In this document: positions 36,989 through 46,467 of the stretch, piece by piece
Layout of the letters: the number at the start of each line of letters is the position of its first letter
Position numbering within the stretch: position 1 is the first letter of the stretch
Origin: Acidobacteriota bacterium
GTDB lineage: Bacteria > Acidobacteriota > UBA6911 > RPQK01 > JAJDTT01
Direction: 5' to 3'
DNA length: 64,000 bases
Assembly: GCA_965203535.1 (NCBI GenBank)
Contig: OZ241897.1
Coordinates: 5,782,169 to 5,846,168 of the forward strand
Position numbers and translations under genes: made by a program
The notes under the pieces: model-generated
Told to the model about the DNA's origin: nothing
Database searches by the model: none
The model's input: only the letters and a program-made list of their open reading frames with translations

Positions 36989-38517
36989 ACCCGAAAACGT
37001 TTCAGCGAGTCAAGGAAATCTTCGAGGCCGCCCTGGAACAGGATTCGGAATCGCGGGAGGACTTCGTCCGGCGGGAATGTTCCCCCGACACGGAGTTGAC
37101 CCGCGAGGTCCTGTCGCTGCTGTCCCACCACGATCCTGAAGCCACCTTCCTCGAAGGGAACCTGTTTCAACCCGCCGGCGTGGAAACGGCCGCCAGTCTC
37201 CTGGCGGAGGGGGACACCCTGGGCCCGTACCGGATTCTCGGCGAGGCGGGCCGGGGTGGCATGGCGGTCGTCTACCGCGCCGTCGACACGCGGCTGGACC
37301 GTACCGTGGCTCTCAAGGCAGTCTCTCCCCTCGTGGGCCGGGATGTCGAACAACGGCGGCGGCTCCGCCGCGAGGCCAAGGTCGCGGCTTCCCTGAATCA
37401 TCCCGCCATCGCCGCCGTCTATGCCCTGGAGGAACTCGACGGCGGGCTCTTTATCGCCGGCGAGTACATCGAGGGGAAGAATCTGCGATCGCGGATCGAG
37501 CAGGGGCCTCTTCCCCTCCCCGAACTTCTGCGGATGGCGACGCAGGTGTGCCAGGGCCTCGTGGCCGCCCACTCCAACGGCGTGGTCCATCGGGACCTCA
37601 AACCGGAGAACGTTCTGCTGGATGCGCAGGGAAATCTGAAGATCGTGGACTTCGGCCTGGCGCTTCCCACGCTGGAACCTTCCCGCAGCCAGCGCCTGAC
37701 GCAGGAGGGAACCGTTCTCGGAACCCCGGTCTACATGTCTCCCGAGCAGTTGGAGGGACAGGAAGCCGACTTCCGCTCCGACCTGTTCTCTTTCGGAATG
37801 TTGTTGTATGAACTGGCGACGGGCCGTCACCCGTTCGAAGGAAAGACGCCGTTGGCAACCGTGGCCAGGATCCTGGAGGGCAAACCGGGCCGCTCGGATG
37901 CCGTCGCTCCTCCGCCCGCATTGGAACGGATCCTCTTGCGGTGCCTCGAAAAGGAGCCGGCCGGCCGTTTCCCATCCACCGAGGAACTCCTGGAGCAATT
38001 GCTGCGCCTGGAGTCGGAGACCAGTCGCATCCCCCGGCAACCGTCCGCTTCCCGTGAGTCGCTTCACGGTGGCTGGTGGAACTTCCACCAGTCGGCGGTG
38101 ATCCTCTTGTACGCCGTCATGGTCTACGGCGTCTGGGAGTTCAAGCAGGCTGCATCACAGATCCCGGGAACCCGGTTTTTCCCGCTGATTCTCTTCTTTC
38201 TGGTGTTGGCATGCGCCTTGTGCAACGGCACGATTCGCACCCACCTCCTGTTCACGGCGCGTTTCAACCGTTCCGCCATCGAAGCGGAACTGAACCGGGT
38301 CGGCCGCTGGAAACAACGAGTCGACGCGCTCTTCTCCCTGTGCCTCCTGCTGGGAGCCAGTCTGATCGTGACCGGGGACCAACTCCTCGCCGGCTGCCTG
38401 GCTGCCGTTGCCGTCAGCTACACGGTCGTCTTCCTGGTGGTCGAGCCGGCCACCCAGCGGGCCGTCTTCAAACCAGCCGCGTCTCCGGTTCCACCGTCAT
38501 CCCACCGATCCTCCTGA
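36985..38517 (+). CDS. Ser/Thr protein kinase with C-terminal transmembrane segments
   Basis: GTG start at 36985. Hanks motifs: GEAGRGGMAVVYRA (G-loop), VALK, HRDLKPENVLL, IVDFGLA, GTPVYMSPE. Four C-terminal hydrophobic helices. Confidence 0.8.
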   Translation: MNPKTFQRVKEIFEAALEQDSESREDFVRRECSPDTELTREVLSLLSHHDPEATFLEGNLFQPAGVETAASLLAEGDTLGPYRILGEAGRGGMAVVYRAVDTRLDRTVALKAVSPLVGRDVEQRRRLRREAKVAASLNHPAIAAVYALEELDGGLFIAGEYIEGKNLRSRIEQGPLPLPELLRMATQVCQGLVAAHSNGVVHRDLKPENVLLDAQGNLKIVDFGLALPTLEPSRSQRLTQEGTVLGTPVYMSPEQLEGQEADFRSDLFSFGMLLYELATGRHPFEGKTPLATVARILEGKPGRSDAVAPPPALERILLRCLEKEPAGRFPSTEELLEQLLRLESETSRIPRQPSASRESLHGGWWNFHQSAVILLYAVMVYGVWEFKQAASQIPGTRFFPLILFFLVLACALCNGTIRTHLLFTARFNRSAIEAELNRVGRWKQRVDALFSLCLLLGASLIVTGDQLLAGCLAAVAVSYTVVFLVVEPATQRAVFKPAASPVPPSSHRSS

Positions 38518-38621
38518 GCCCTTTTTCTCTCCGTTCTCACATTCCCTGACAGTGCGGCCGATACCCGCCGGGAAACACCCGCCAGATTCTCGGCTGCAGG
38601 AGGAAACCAGGGAGGACTTTC

Positions 38622-39398
38622 ATGCAGAGACAAAAGGGCTTCAAACACGTACGGCATCACGACAGCATCCTGGCCTCCGCCGAAAAAAGACTCCTGGTGT
38701 GGATCGCCCGGCGGCTCCCGTCCCGGGTCAACGCCGATCATCTGAGCCTGCTGGGAGTCGTGGCCATGCTGGGAGTGGGCCTTTCGTACTGCGCGGCTTC
38801 CTGGGACCGGCGGGCCCTGTTCCTGGTCGTGGCGGGCCTGTTGCTGAACTGGTTCGGAGACAGCCTGGACGGCACCCTGGCCCGGGTCCGCAAGCAGCAG
38901 AGGCCGCGTTACGGATACTACGTCGATCACGTCCTGGATCTGGCCGGAACGTTGTTTCTGCTGGGAGGCCTGGCGGCATCCGAATTCATGAGCCCCGTCA
39001 TCGGGCTCGGCCTGCTGACCGCCTATCTGCTGGTGTCCGCCGAGATCTATCTTGCGACCCATGTGCTGGGCGTTTTCCGGCTCTCTTTCCTGAAGGTCGG
39101 ACCGACGGAACTGCGACTCCTGCTGGCCGCGGGCACGGTTTTTATCTTCTACAAGCCGGTGGTCGGGCTGGGAGAACTGGGGACCTTCAACCTCTTCGAC
39201 GTCGGGGGTCTGGCCGGCATCCTGGGTCTGGCCCTGGCGTTTTCCGTTTCCGCCCTGCGGCACACGCGAAGGCTGTACCGCGCCGAACCCCGGCCACGGT
39301 TGCAGCGGCCCCTTCCCATCAGCTTGCCCCGGTTCCCCTCCACCGGATTCGGCCCCATGGGATCGGTATTCCCCGGGTCACAACGCAACCGGAACTGA
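38622..39398 (+). CDS. CDP-alcohol phosphatidyltransferase family protein
   Basis: Strong RBS (AGGAGGAAACCAGGGAGG). Signature D-x2-DG-x2-AR-x8-G-x3-D-x3-D: DSLDGTLARVRKQQRPRYGYYVDHVLD. Polytopic membrane protein. Confidence 0.75.
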   Translation: MQRQKGFKHVRHHDSILASAEKRLLVWIARRLPSRVNADHLSLLGVVAMLGVGLSYCAASWDRRALFLVVAGLLLNWFGDSLDGTLARVRKQQRPRYGYYVDHVLDLAGTLFLLGGLAASEFMSPVIGLGLLTAYLLVSAEIYLATHVLGVFRLSFLKVGPTELRLLLAAGTVFIFYKPVVGLGELGTFNLFDVGGLAGILGLALAFSVSALRHTRRLYRAEPRPRLQRPLPISLPRFPSTGFGPMGSVFPGSQRNRN

Positions 39399-39409
39399 GG
39401 AAGTCTGAG

Positions 39410-39820
39410 ATGGAACACCTGATCCGCTGGGCGCGATTCAACGCCGTCGGCCTGATGGGAGTCCTGGTTCAGATCACCGTGCTCATGCTTCTGCGCGGAG
39501 TCTGGAACCTGCACTATCTGCCGGCCACCGCCCTGGCGGTGGAGATGGCGGTGTTGCACAACTTCTGCTGGCATGAGCGTTGGACGTGGTCGGACCGCAC
39601 GGCAACGGCGGGTACGAGCGTCTTGGGGCGGTTGCTCCGATTCAACATGACGGTCGGAACGATCTCCATCGTCCAGAACCTGTTTCTGATGGAGCTCCTG
39701 GTGGCCGGTCTGAATCTGCACTATCTGCCGGCCAACCTGCTCGCCATCGCCTCCTGTTCCACGTTGAACTACTTTTCCAGCCATTGGCTGGTCTTCCGGC
39801 CGGCCGCCAAGGAGAAATGA
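39410..39820 (+). CDS. GtrA-family membrane protein (polyprenol-linked sugar flippase-like)
   Basis: 136 aa. MEHLIRWARFNAVGLMGVLVQITVLMLL... has the typical GtrA N-terminus and four TM helices. RBS gaggaag. Lies in the frame of the longer ORF 38408..39820. Confidence 0.7.
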   Translation: MEHLIRWARFNAVGLMGVLVQITVLMLLRGVWNLHYLPATALAVEMAVLHNFCWHERWTWSDRTATAGTSVLGRLLRFNMTVGTISIVQNLFLMELLVAGLNLHYLPANLLAIASCSTLNYFSSHWLVFRPAAKEK

Positions 39821-39821
39821 A

Positions 39822-40694
39822 ATGAAGACATCTGCATCGGCCAAAGTGCGGTTGGCGTTTGGAACCGCGGTCCTGGCCACGGTATGTCCCGTGGGCTCCG
39901 GCTCACTGCTTCAGGGCGCCGAGCTGAAACCCGAGACCTTGCTGGCCTGGGACAAGTACGTTCGGATCACCGAGGCAAGAATCCGCGACGAGCTGGCATC
40001 GGAGAAGGGATTCTTCGGACACGAATTCGGTCGAAAGAACGAAGCGCGGGCGGCTTGGCAACAGGTTCGTTCGGGCCGGGTCATGGTCGCCCGGATGGAA
40101 ACGGAGGATTCCCGGGGCCGAACCATCAAGGTCCGCGGTGGAATGATCCACCATTGGCGGGGGGCCATTCTGATTCCCTCCGTCCGGCTGGAACAGGTCA
40201 TCCATCGCCTGCGCTATCCGGACCCCAACGTGCCTCCTCAGAAGGACGTGCTGGAGACGAGAATCTTGGAACGGGACGAGGACTCCCTGCGCATCTACCT
40301 GAAGTTGGTCCGCAAGAAAATCGTCACCGTCGCCTACAACACCGAACACCTGGTCCGTTACCGCTGGCACGATCCGTTCCGGGCCTCGAGCCGCAGCATC
40401 GCCACCCGGATCGCCGAGCTGGAGAAACTCCATACTCCACAAGAGCGGGAAAAGGCGCCCGGACACGACCGGGGATTCCTGTGGCGGCTCAATTCCTATT
40501 GGAGATACCAGCAGGTCGAGGGCGGCGTGGTGGTGGAATGCGAATCCTTGTCCCTGAGCCGCGGCTACCCCGTCATCTTCAAACCCATCGTGGCTCCCAT
40601 CGTGAGGTCCGTCGCCAGGAAATCCATGAAGCGGACGCTGGCCTCGCTCCGAAACCGACTTCTCGCATCCCACACGACACGAGTCAAGCTCTAG
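39822..40694 (+). CDS. Secreted hypothetical protein, paralog of 35221..36159; its 3' end is duplicated at 49307-49390
   Basis: Signal peptide MKTSASAKVRLAFGTAVLATVCP. Shares AELKPETLLAWDKYVR, ...TVAYNTEHLV... and HDRGFLWRLNSYWRYQQVEGGVVVECESLSLSR with the paralog. Confidence 0.6.
   Translation: MKTSASAKVRLAFGTAVLATVCPVGSGSLLQGAELKPETLLAWDKYVRITEARIRDELASEKGFFGHEFGRKNEARAAWQQVRSGRVMVARMETEDSRGRTIKVRGGMIHHWRGAILIPSVRLEQVIHRLRYPDPNVPPQKDVLETRILERDEDSLRIYLKLVRKKIVTVAYNTEHLVRYRWHDPFRASSRSIATRIAELEKLHTPQEREKAPGHDRGFLWRLNSYWRYQQVEGGVVVECESLSLSRGYPVIFKPIVAPIVRSVARKSMKRTLASLRNRLLASHTTRVKL
40567..40650. repeat. Left copy of ~85-bp direct repeat bounding the genomic island (inside the 3' end of the gene 39822..40694)
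   Basis: ccccgtcatcttcaaacccatcgtggctcccatcgtgaggtccgtcgccaggaaatccatgaagcggacgctggcctc is near-identical (1-2 mismatches) to 49307-49390. Confidence 0.75.
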
Positions 40695-41116
40695 TCTCAC
40701 TCAGAATAGATATCCGCTCAATGCCTCGACTTGGCATCCGTCGCTATCCGGTGGCCAAATGGTGGTCCTAATACGTCAAGTTGTCTGGATGATTCGCGCT
40801 TGATCGGCTGAGTCTAGGCTCTCAAAGTTAAGTTCGTGTTTCTACATCGAAAACGAGTCCACGATCGCAGTCAGAAAGCGAGATACCATATAGAACAGTT
40901 CGGAATATGTCCTGATCCCCCGAGGACGCTAATAGAGGCTCCCGAGCCGAAAACGATCCCGCTCGATCAGAGTACGGATTTTGCCGGATCGGAAAAGAAG
41001 TAGTTTGCCCACCGACCAAGGTGGCCACCGTGACCGTCCGCGTCCTGCCCGATACCACCGGTGTTCTCGTCAAGCTGCCGTGTGAAGCGAGGCGGTTTGT
41101 CGGCAAAACATAGCTC

Positions 41117-44100
41117 TCATGTCATGGTGTCAGCATCAACTGGCAATTCGGCTTCAAGATGGATTCGAAGGTCCGCAGCGATGGCTTTCGGTATCGGTGC
41201 CCACGCTGGCTCCTGCTCACTAACGGTGTCACTCTTGTTTACTTCACCCAACTCAGCGGTCCGGATTCTGCGGCCATCCACCTCGTATTTGCCGCCCATC
41301 ACAACATCAAAGAGGTGGGCACGACCATGTACGACGCGGAAACGATGCTCGTCGTAGGTGCCTGCGATGTAGGGGACAGCGACATCCAGGGGACAATTTT
41401 GCTTACCGTGGCTCCAGAGACGTTCGGTTTTGCTACCGATCCGATCGACACGACCCGTCCGCTGCTCAAGCGTCGCCGGGTTCCACGGGAGGTCGTGGTG
41501 GATGACATGGCGGCACTCCCGGTGAAGGTCAATGCCTTCTTGGCCGACCGTGGTGACGACTAGAACCTCTGGAAACAGCGGCGAGTTGAAGCCCATAAAT
41601 AGCCGGTCACGCTCCGAGTTGGCAACCGATCCCGTCACGCGGGCGACGACATCGCGGTTTCTACTCGCATCTTCGTAGACAGAGATTTGCTCCTCAAGGC
41701 CGACTGCCCTCCGGAGTGTCTCCAGGTAAGCGTCGAACCGCTCTTGGGCGGACTCCCCCGCCGCAGACGGTGTCTGGTAGCGCTTGTGGATCAGTGAGGT
41801 CCAGTCATCATCGGCGGTATCGTCGTCGATGCTGGGCCGTTCGTTCGGATCGTCCAAAATGAAGCGGGCGAGGAAGCCGGGTGAACGGACAATGCGACGA
41901 AACATGCGCGTGGCCAACGTGCGGAGTCGGCCGGGCAGTCGCGCCAGCGCAGCCGAGTGACAGCACGTGAGCAGACTCGGCACTTCGATGCCTGGCTCGG
42001 CCAAGTAGGGAGAAAGCGTCGCTTGACCAGCGCGACCTTCGAGCACGGCCTTCCACGCGTCGATGTCTTCGGGCCGAGCGTAATGGCCGGCGGTGTAGAT
42101 GTCCTGATGGTCGGAAAGTAACTTGGATTTTAATTTCGGAAGGATACCTTCGACAACCTCACGGCGGCGAATAGGCCAGTCGGGGGCCAACACAAGGTTG
42201 AGCGACGCCGAAACCGTTTCCGCAAGCCGGAGCGGTCCAACTACGTCATTGATTTGTTGTTGTCCCCGGGAAAACTCCTTCCATCGGTCCACCAGAACCT
42301 GCTCGGCCGCGGCGAGTACACGTCGGCGGCTAAACTGGCTACGGTTGCGCGGCGGACCGCTGAGTGCAAGGCGTACCGCGACATCTGCGATTCCTCGCCC
42401 ACGAAGAGCAAGTCCCTGTGGAACACGTAGTTTCGGTCCTGCGAGGGGGTGGTCCTGGAAAAGCAGAAAGACCGACTGACGGTAGTTGTAAAGCCTCTTC
42501 TGGAAGTTCTTTAGGCGCTGTTCCAGCTTGTCCTCGGTGCACTCAAACGCTGCAGTCAACACCTTCGTATTGTATGTGTCGACCCGTCTCTTTACGGCGT
42601 TTCGGACCGCCTTAACGGTCTCAATATTGAAACAGAAGACCAGGGTCTTGTCGCCCTTACGCCACGCGCGGAAGGCACGCTCTGCAGTAACCGCAACCTT
42701 TGGGTGTTCGTGACCGCCTCCCCTAATCGCCCGCTCGACTAGGCCGAGATAACGCCTCGCCTCCTCGTTGCTCCCAGGCAGCATCCGCCTCAACTCACCT
42801 TTTCGGAAGAACGCGTATGAACCCCCGAGATCAGCTCCGAGGCTCGTCGAGCCACGCCCTCCCTTTTCTTCCTGCACGGCTCTCATCATCAGATAGTGCA
42901 CCAGTTCGGCGTCGCCGCTCACGTCTAGACCGGGTCGCCAACGAAGAACGCTTTCGCGTGTGGGGCGTTCGCTCGATTCTGGATCGGCCTCGCGGCCCAC
43001 CCACCACGCGCGATGTGAGACGTCGCGTAGGTGCCGCAGCAGGAACGGATTGAGGCTCATACTGAGTTGTTTTTGGGTGTCGCGCACGCGCACCAACGCT
43101 TTTACCGCTCGCCGCAGTCGTGGCGGCAGGTGATCAGACCAACCACGCTCGCCATTCTCATCCCAAGCCTGTTCCAGCTCGTTCATGTCACGTTCTTCAA
43201 CCTCGGCCCAAACGCTTCGGAGCGATTCTCCCGCCGCTTTGGCCGCTTGAAGCTGTACATCGAGAGTGCGGATGCGTTCATTTAGGAAGACCATGCGTTC
43301 TTCCGACAAGCCGATGCAGCACCGGAGATCAAGCACCCGGACGAGCTCATGCGGCCTGAGCTGGAACGGGGTCGCAGACAGTCCGAGCAAGCGGTCTATC
43401 CGCAGTCCCAGCGTGTGAAGGAACCTCCACCAGCTCGTTGGGTGGTTCTTCCAGTTGTGAATTTCGTCCACGATAACGAGAGGTACACTGTGGGGCACAG
43501 TCTGACCGAGCGCAGTGCGACAGATTTCTCGCAGATCCACCCAGTAAGATGATCGTTTCGAATGGCCGCTTCGGACTCTGTTCCACGAGTCCTTCATACG
43601 ATCACAAAGTCTGCGGTCGGCAAACTCGAGTCGACTCCACGCGGAACGTATATGGTGGTTGTCGAAGCCCACCTCGTCGGCGCTCCGCGCTTCCTGCCAC
43701 GCTACGGAAGATCGTCGCAGGTCCAGTTTCTCTCGCGTCGGACAGAATGACTGTGATTGGCAGTCGGACAACATCTCAAGGCGCTTTTGCATCGAAAGAT
43801 CGAATCCGTCCATGCGTAGCAGCGAGTGGATGACCGCCATACGCGCAGTATCGAGTCGATGTAGACGCCCGGAGAACGCGGACATACGCGCGATCACCAG
43901 TGTAGGCTTTCGTTTCCTCAGCTTGCGAACCAGATCGTGTGGTGTCTCTGCGGTCTCGACCTCGAAGCCATTGTCCGGCGGTGCCACGTGGAGGAGGAAC
44001 TGTTCAGCCTCTCGCTTCCACTTTGCAAAAAGGGCGTGGGCGTGAGGAGTGACGACGAGCACCGGACCAGTAGAAAGGCCCGCCACCGAACGCTGGCGAA

Positions 44101-44332
44101 GCACCGACCAAGCTACGCCCAACGCCACGAAGGTCTTCCCGAGCCCGACCTCGTCGGCAAGAAGGACGATTTCCCGGCGGCCCTCATCATCATCGTTGTA
44201 CAGGCGCCGAAGGATGGCATCGATGGTGCGCTCCTGCCGCATCGCCGCCTTCTCCACTGCAACAGGATCGCCATCCCCGAGCGCATGGCGGAGTGAGCAC
44301 CGCAAATCGAGTCCGTCGGGCCGTACGATCAT
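41117..44332 (-). CDS. SF2 (SNF2/DEAD-like) helicase, 1071 aa
   Basis: Motif I LLADEVGLGKTFVALGV. Motif II VIVDEIHNWKN. Motif III LLGLSATPFQ. Motif V LVVTTVGQEGIDL. Motif VI LEQRTGRVDRIGS. The start overlaps the upstream PLD gene's stop by 4 bp. Confidence 0.8.
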   Translation of the reverse strand: MIVRPDGLDLRCSLRHALGDGDPVAVEKAAMRQERTIDAILRRLYNDDDEGRREIVLLADEVGLGKTFVALGVAWSVLRQRSVAGLSTGPVLVVTPHAHALFAKWKREAEQFLLHVAPPDNGFEVETAETPHDLVRKLRKRKPTLVIARMSAFSGRLHRLDTARMAVIHSLLRMDGFDLSMQKRLEMLSDCQSQSFCPTREKLDLRRSSVAWQEARSADEVGFDNHHIRSAWSRLEFADRRLCDRMKDSWNRVRSGHSKRSSYWVDLREICRTALGQTVPHSVPLVIVDEIHNWKNHPTSWWRFLHTLGLRIDRLLGLSATPFQLRPHELVRVLDLRCCIGLSEERMVFLNERIRTLDVQLQAAKAAGESLRSVWAEVEERDMNELEQAWDENGERGWSDHLPPRLRRAVKALVRVRDTQKQLSMSLNPFLLRHLRDVSHRAWWVGREADPESSERPTRESVLRWRPGLDVSGDAELVHYLMMRAVQEEKGGRGSTSLGADLGGSYAFFRKGELRRMLPGSNEEARRYLGLVERAIRGGGHEHPKVAVTAERAFRAWRKGDKTLVFCFNIETVKAVRNAVKRRVDTYNTKVLTAAFECTEDKLEQRLKNFQKRLYNYRQSVFLLFQDHPLAGPKLRVPQGLALRGRGIADVAVRLALSGPPRNRSQFSRRRVLAAAEQVLVDRWKEFSRGQQQINDVVGPLRLAETVSASLNLVLAPDWPIRRREVVEGILPKLKSKLLSDHQDIYTAGHYARPEDIDAWKAVLEGRAGQATLSPYLAEPGIEVPSLLTCCHSAALARLPGRLRTLATRMFRRIVRSPGFLARFILDDPNERPSIDDDTADDDWTSLIHKRYQTPSAAGESAQERFDAYLETLRRAVGLEEQISVYEDASRNRDVVARVTGSVANSERDRLFMGFNSPLFPEVLVVTTVGQEGIDLHRECRHVIHHDLPWNPATLEQRTGRVDRIGSKTERLWSHGKQNCPLDVAVPYIAGTYDEHRFRVVHGRAHLFDVVMGGKYEVDGRRIRTAELGEVNKSDTVSEQEPAWAPIPKAIAADLRIHLEAELPVDADTMT

Positions 44333-46467
44333 ATTCGCCCCCGCTGCAGACAGAGATAGATTCGGACAACTTCGGCGTTGGTCTCCGTTGGAAGCTCAGC
44401 AACCACCTTATCGAGCAACGAGGTAACCTCGGCTAACGCTTCGGCCCGAAGTATGTCGGCGACGCCGTCAGCCAGCACCGGAAGCGGTGCGGTCTTGAGC
44501 AGGTACCGCAGTTCCGCGAGTTGAAACGCGGTGGCCACGGCGGTCTTGCGGGGCCGGTCGGGTTGGGGATTACGATAGGAGGCCAACGACTGGCGAGCCA
44601 GCTCGACGGGGGACCGATGTCCCAGCAACGCGGCGCGAAGTCCCGTCTCGTTCATGCCGGCTTCCGACAGGCGGTTACGAACGCCCGGGAGTGCGTGCAC
44701 GAAATCACGCACGAAATAGCTCAAGATGTCCTGCGTAGCCGACGGCAGATCATCGTTCCCCGGAAGAGGATCGATGCTATGGCCGAAGCCCCCGTCCTCC
44801 ATCTCACCGGCGGGCCGTAGCCCGAGAAACCAGGCGACGAGCGATTGCTCGTCCTCTCGGTACCGGGACTCGACGACCGGAAACAAGTGTTTGTCTTCAA
44901 ACACCACGGGTAAAACGGCAACGTTGCCGTTCCACGAGACCTCGGCTTCCAGATCCGGTAGCGCTGGCCACGTCTGACCGTCACCCGACGAACCCTGGTC
45001 CAACCACGACGCACTCAGCGAAGTGGACTCCGAAAATACACCCTCCGAGCTGGCGGGAGAGGACACGGTCCACGCGTCGAACCACTGTTTCTGATTGTAC
45101 AGCCGCGACCGAATGTCCCTCATACGAATGACGACTTTCTCCGGCCAAGTTGTGGCATCGCCCTTGATGAACAGCTCCTCCCTCTTCGCACGCAATGATA
45201 GGATGAAGGTGGGCCAGCCATCCTCGTCGTCGCCAATGTACTCCCGGGGCTCGACGACGAAGTCCTCGGGTCGCCGCGTCACCTTGCGCCACGCAGTTGC
45301 GAAGGACACGATGTCGGAAAGGCCCGAAGACTGGTCGTTCGGGAGTTCCCATAACAGACCCGCCTCCGCGTTCGAGTTGTTGACGAGGCCGAGGCCCTTC
45401 CGTGTGAAGTTAAACGACCCGATCGCGAGCCGCGTCGTCTTGTCGCCTACCGCGAGTAAGACCTTAGCGTGCAACGAGCGATTCCCGGTCGGGCTCGCTC
45501 CCCGGCCATCGGCGACCTTGTCGAACTCGCCCTTATCGTCTTCGTCTTCCGTCGCGCAACCGAAACCCGGGTCCGCAGCAGCCACCTCCACCTTCAACCC
45601 TGCGGCAAGCAGATCCCGCACGAGGCTCGCGGGGATGACTGGCCGAGCTTTCCCCTGCTCGTCCAAGTCCGCGCTCCCGATGAGCTGCACCGTCCCCAAG
45701 CGTCCGCCGCAGAACCGCCCAAGCGCGGTGACGACGTCGGAGAGATCGTTTCCCGATGGCCAGAACGGACTCGCGATGGTTAGCCGACCCACTCGCTCCC
45801 GAGATCCTGCGAGTCGCGGAAAGCCGGTCGCGGAGGGAAGACCCACAAATCGGAGCCGTTTGTCCCGACGCGATGCTGAGCGACTCATGAACACCGCCTT
45901 CATGTCTCGGAGCTGCCGGGTCACTTGGTTTGTCGATGAACCGATCAACCGTTCGAGCCAGTCCACCGCCTCCCGAACAGCCGTGGCTGCCTCCGACAAA
46001 CTACCGCGTGCGTCGTCGAGGGCCGCCGCTACCTCGATATTGCTCCGGTAGCCCGAGTTCGTGAGGTTCGCAGAACCGACAACTAGGCGGACAACCTGGT
46101 TTGCGGCCTCCGGTGAGTCTGGCGCAACGAAACGAAGGAGCGCCACCTTCGCGTGCAGTTTGGGGTAACGCCCTTCGGGCAGTGGAATGAGGTCGATGCG
46201 AGGAGACTTGCGCCGCCCGGGCTGGTAGCGGCCTGGATGGAAAAACACCGACACCTCTGTGTCCGCGAGCGCGTTTTCCAATTCCACGCGAAAGTCCCTC
46301 CCGCGGGCTGGCGGCAATCGCAGGCCAAGCGCGACCGGTAGGATGTCCTCCTCAAGGAAGTCCGCCTGCAGATCGTAGGTCGTAGCGATCACGCTAGCGA
46401 GCCGGTGACCCCGGGGCGCCTCCCAGAGTTCGATGAGTCGACGTGCCATCAAGAAACGGACTTCCAT
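44329..46467 (-). CDS. Phospholipase-D-family protein with two HKD motifs plus ~350-aa C-terminal region of unknown function
   Basis: HKD motif 1 is LHAKVALLRF...GSANLTNSGY. HKD motif 2 is LHAKVLLAVGDKTTRLAIGSFNFTRKGLG. The true start is possibly the internal MARRLIELW at 46449, which would give a 1-nt overlap with the upstream stop. Confidence 0.75.
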   Translation of the reverse strand: MEVRFLMARRLIELWEAPRGHRLASVIATTYDLQADFLEEDILPVALGLRLPPARGRDFRVELENALADTEVSVFFHPGRYQPGRRKSPRIDLIPLPEGRYPKLHAKVALLRFVAPDSPEAANQVVRLVVGSANLTNSGYRSNIEVAAALDDARGSLSEAATAVREAVDWLERLIGSSTNQVTRQLRDMKAVFMSRSASRRDKRLRFVGLPSATGFPRLAGSRERVGRLTIASPFWPSGNDLSDVVTALGRFCGGRLGTVQLIGSADLDEQGKARPVIPASLVRDLLAAGLKVEVAAADPGFGCATEDEDDKGEFDKVADGRGASPTGNRSLHAKVLLAVGDKTTRLAIGSFNFTRKGLGLVNNSNAEAGLLWELPNDQSSGLSDIVSFATAWRKVTRRPEDFVVEPREYIGDDEDGWPTFILSLRAKREELFIKGDATTWPEKVVIRMRDIRSRLYNQKQWFDAWTVSSPASSEGVFSESTSLSASWLDQGSSGDGQTWPALPDLEAEVSWNGNVAVLPVVFEDKHLFPVVESRYREDEQSLVAWFLGLRPAGEMEDGGFGHSIDPLPGNDDLPSATQDILSYFVRDFVHALPGVRNRLSEAGMNETGLRAALLGHRSPVELARQSLASYRNPQPDRPRKTAVATAFQLAELRYLLKTAPLPVLADGVADILRAEALAEVTSLLDKVVAELPTETNAEVVRIYLCLQRGRI

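Noticed and set aside
40700-41116. Possible tRNA or tmRNA gene at the island's left junction (integration at a gene 3' end often involves tRNA)
   Set aside because: No cloverleaf-compatible segment was found. There is no GTTCRANYC T-loop with flanking acceptor-stem complementarity and no CCA end. The duplicated att sequence is protein-coding.
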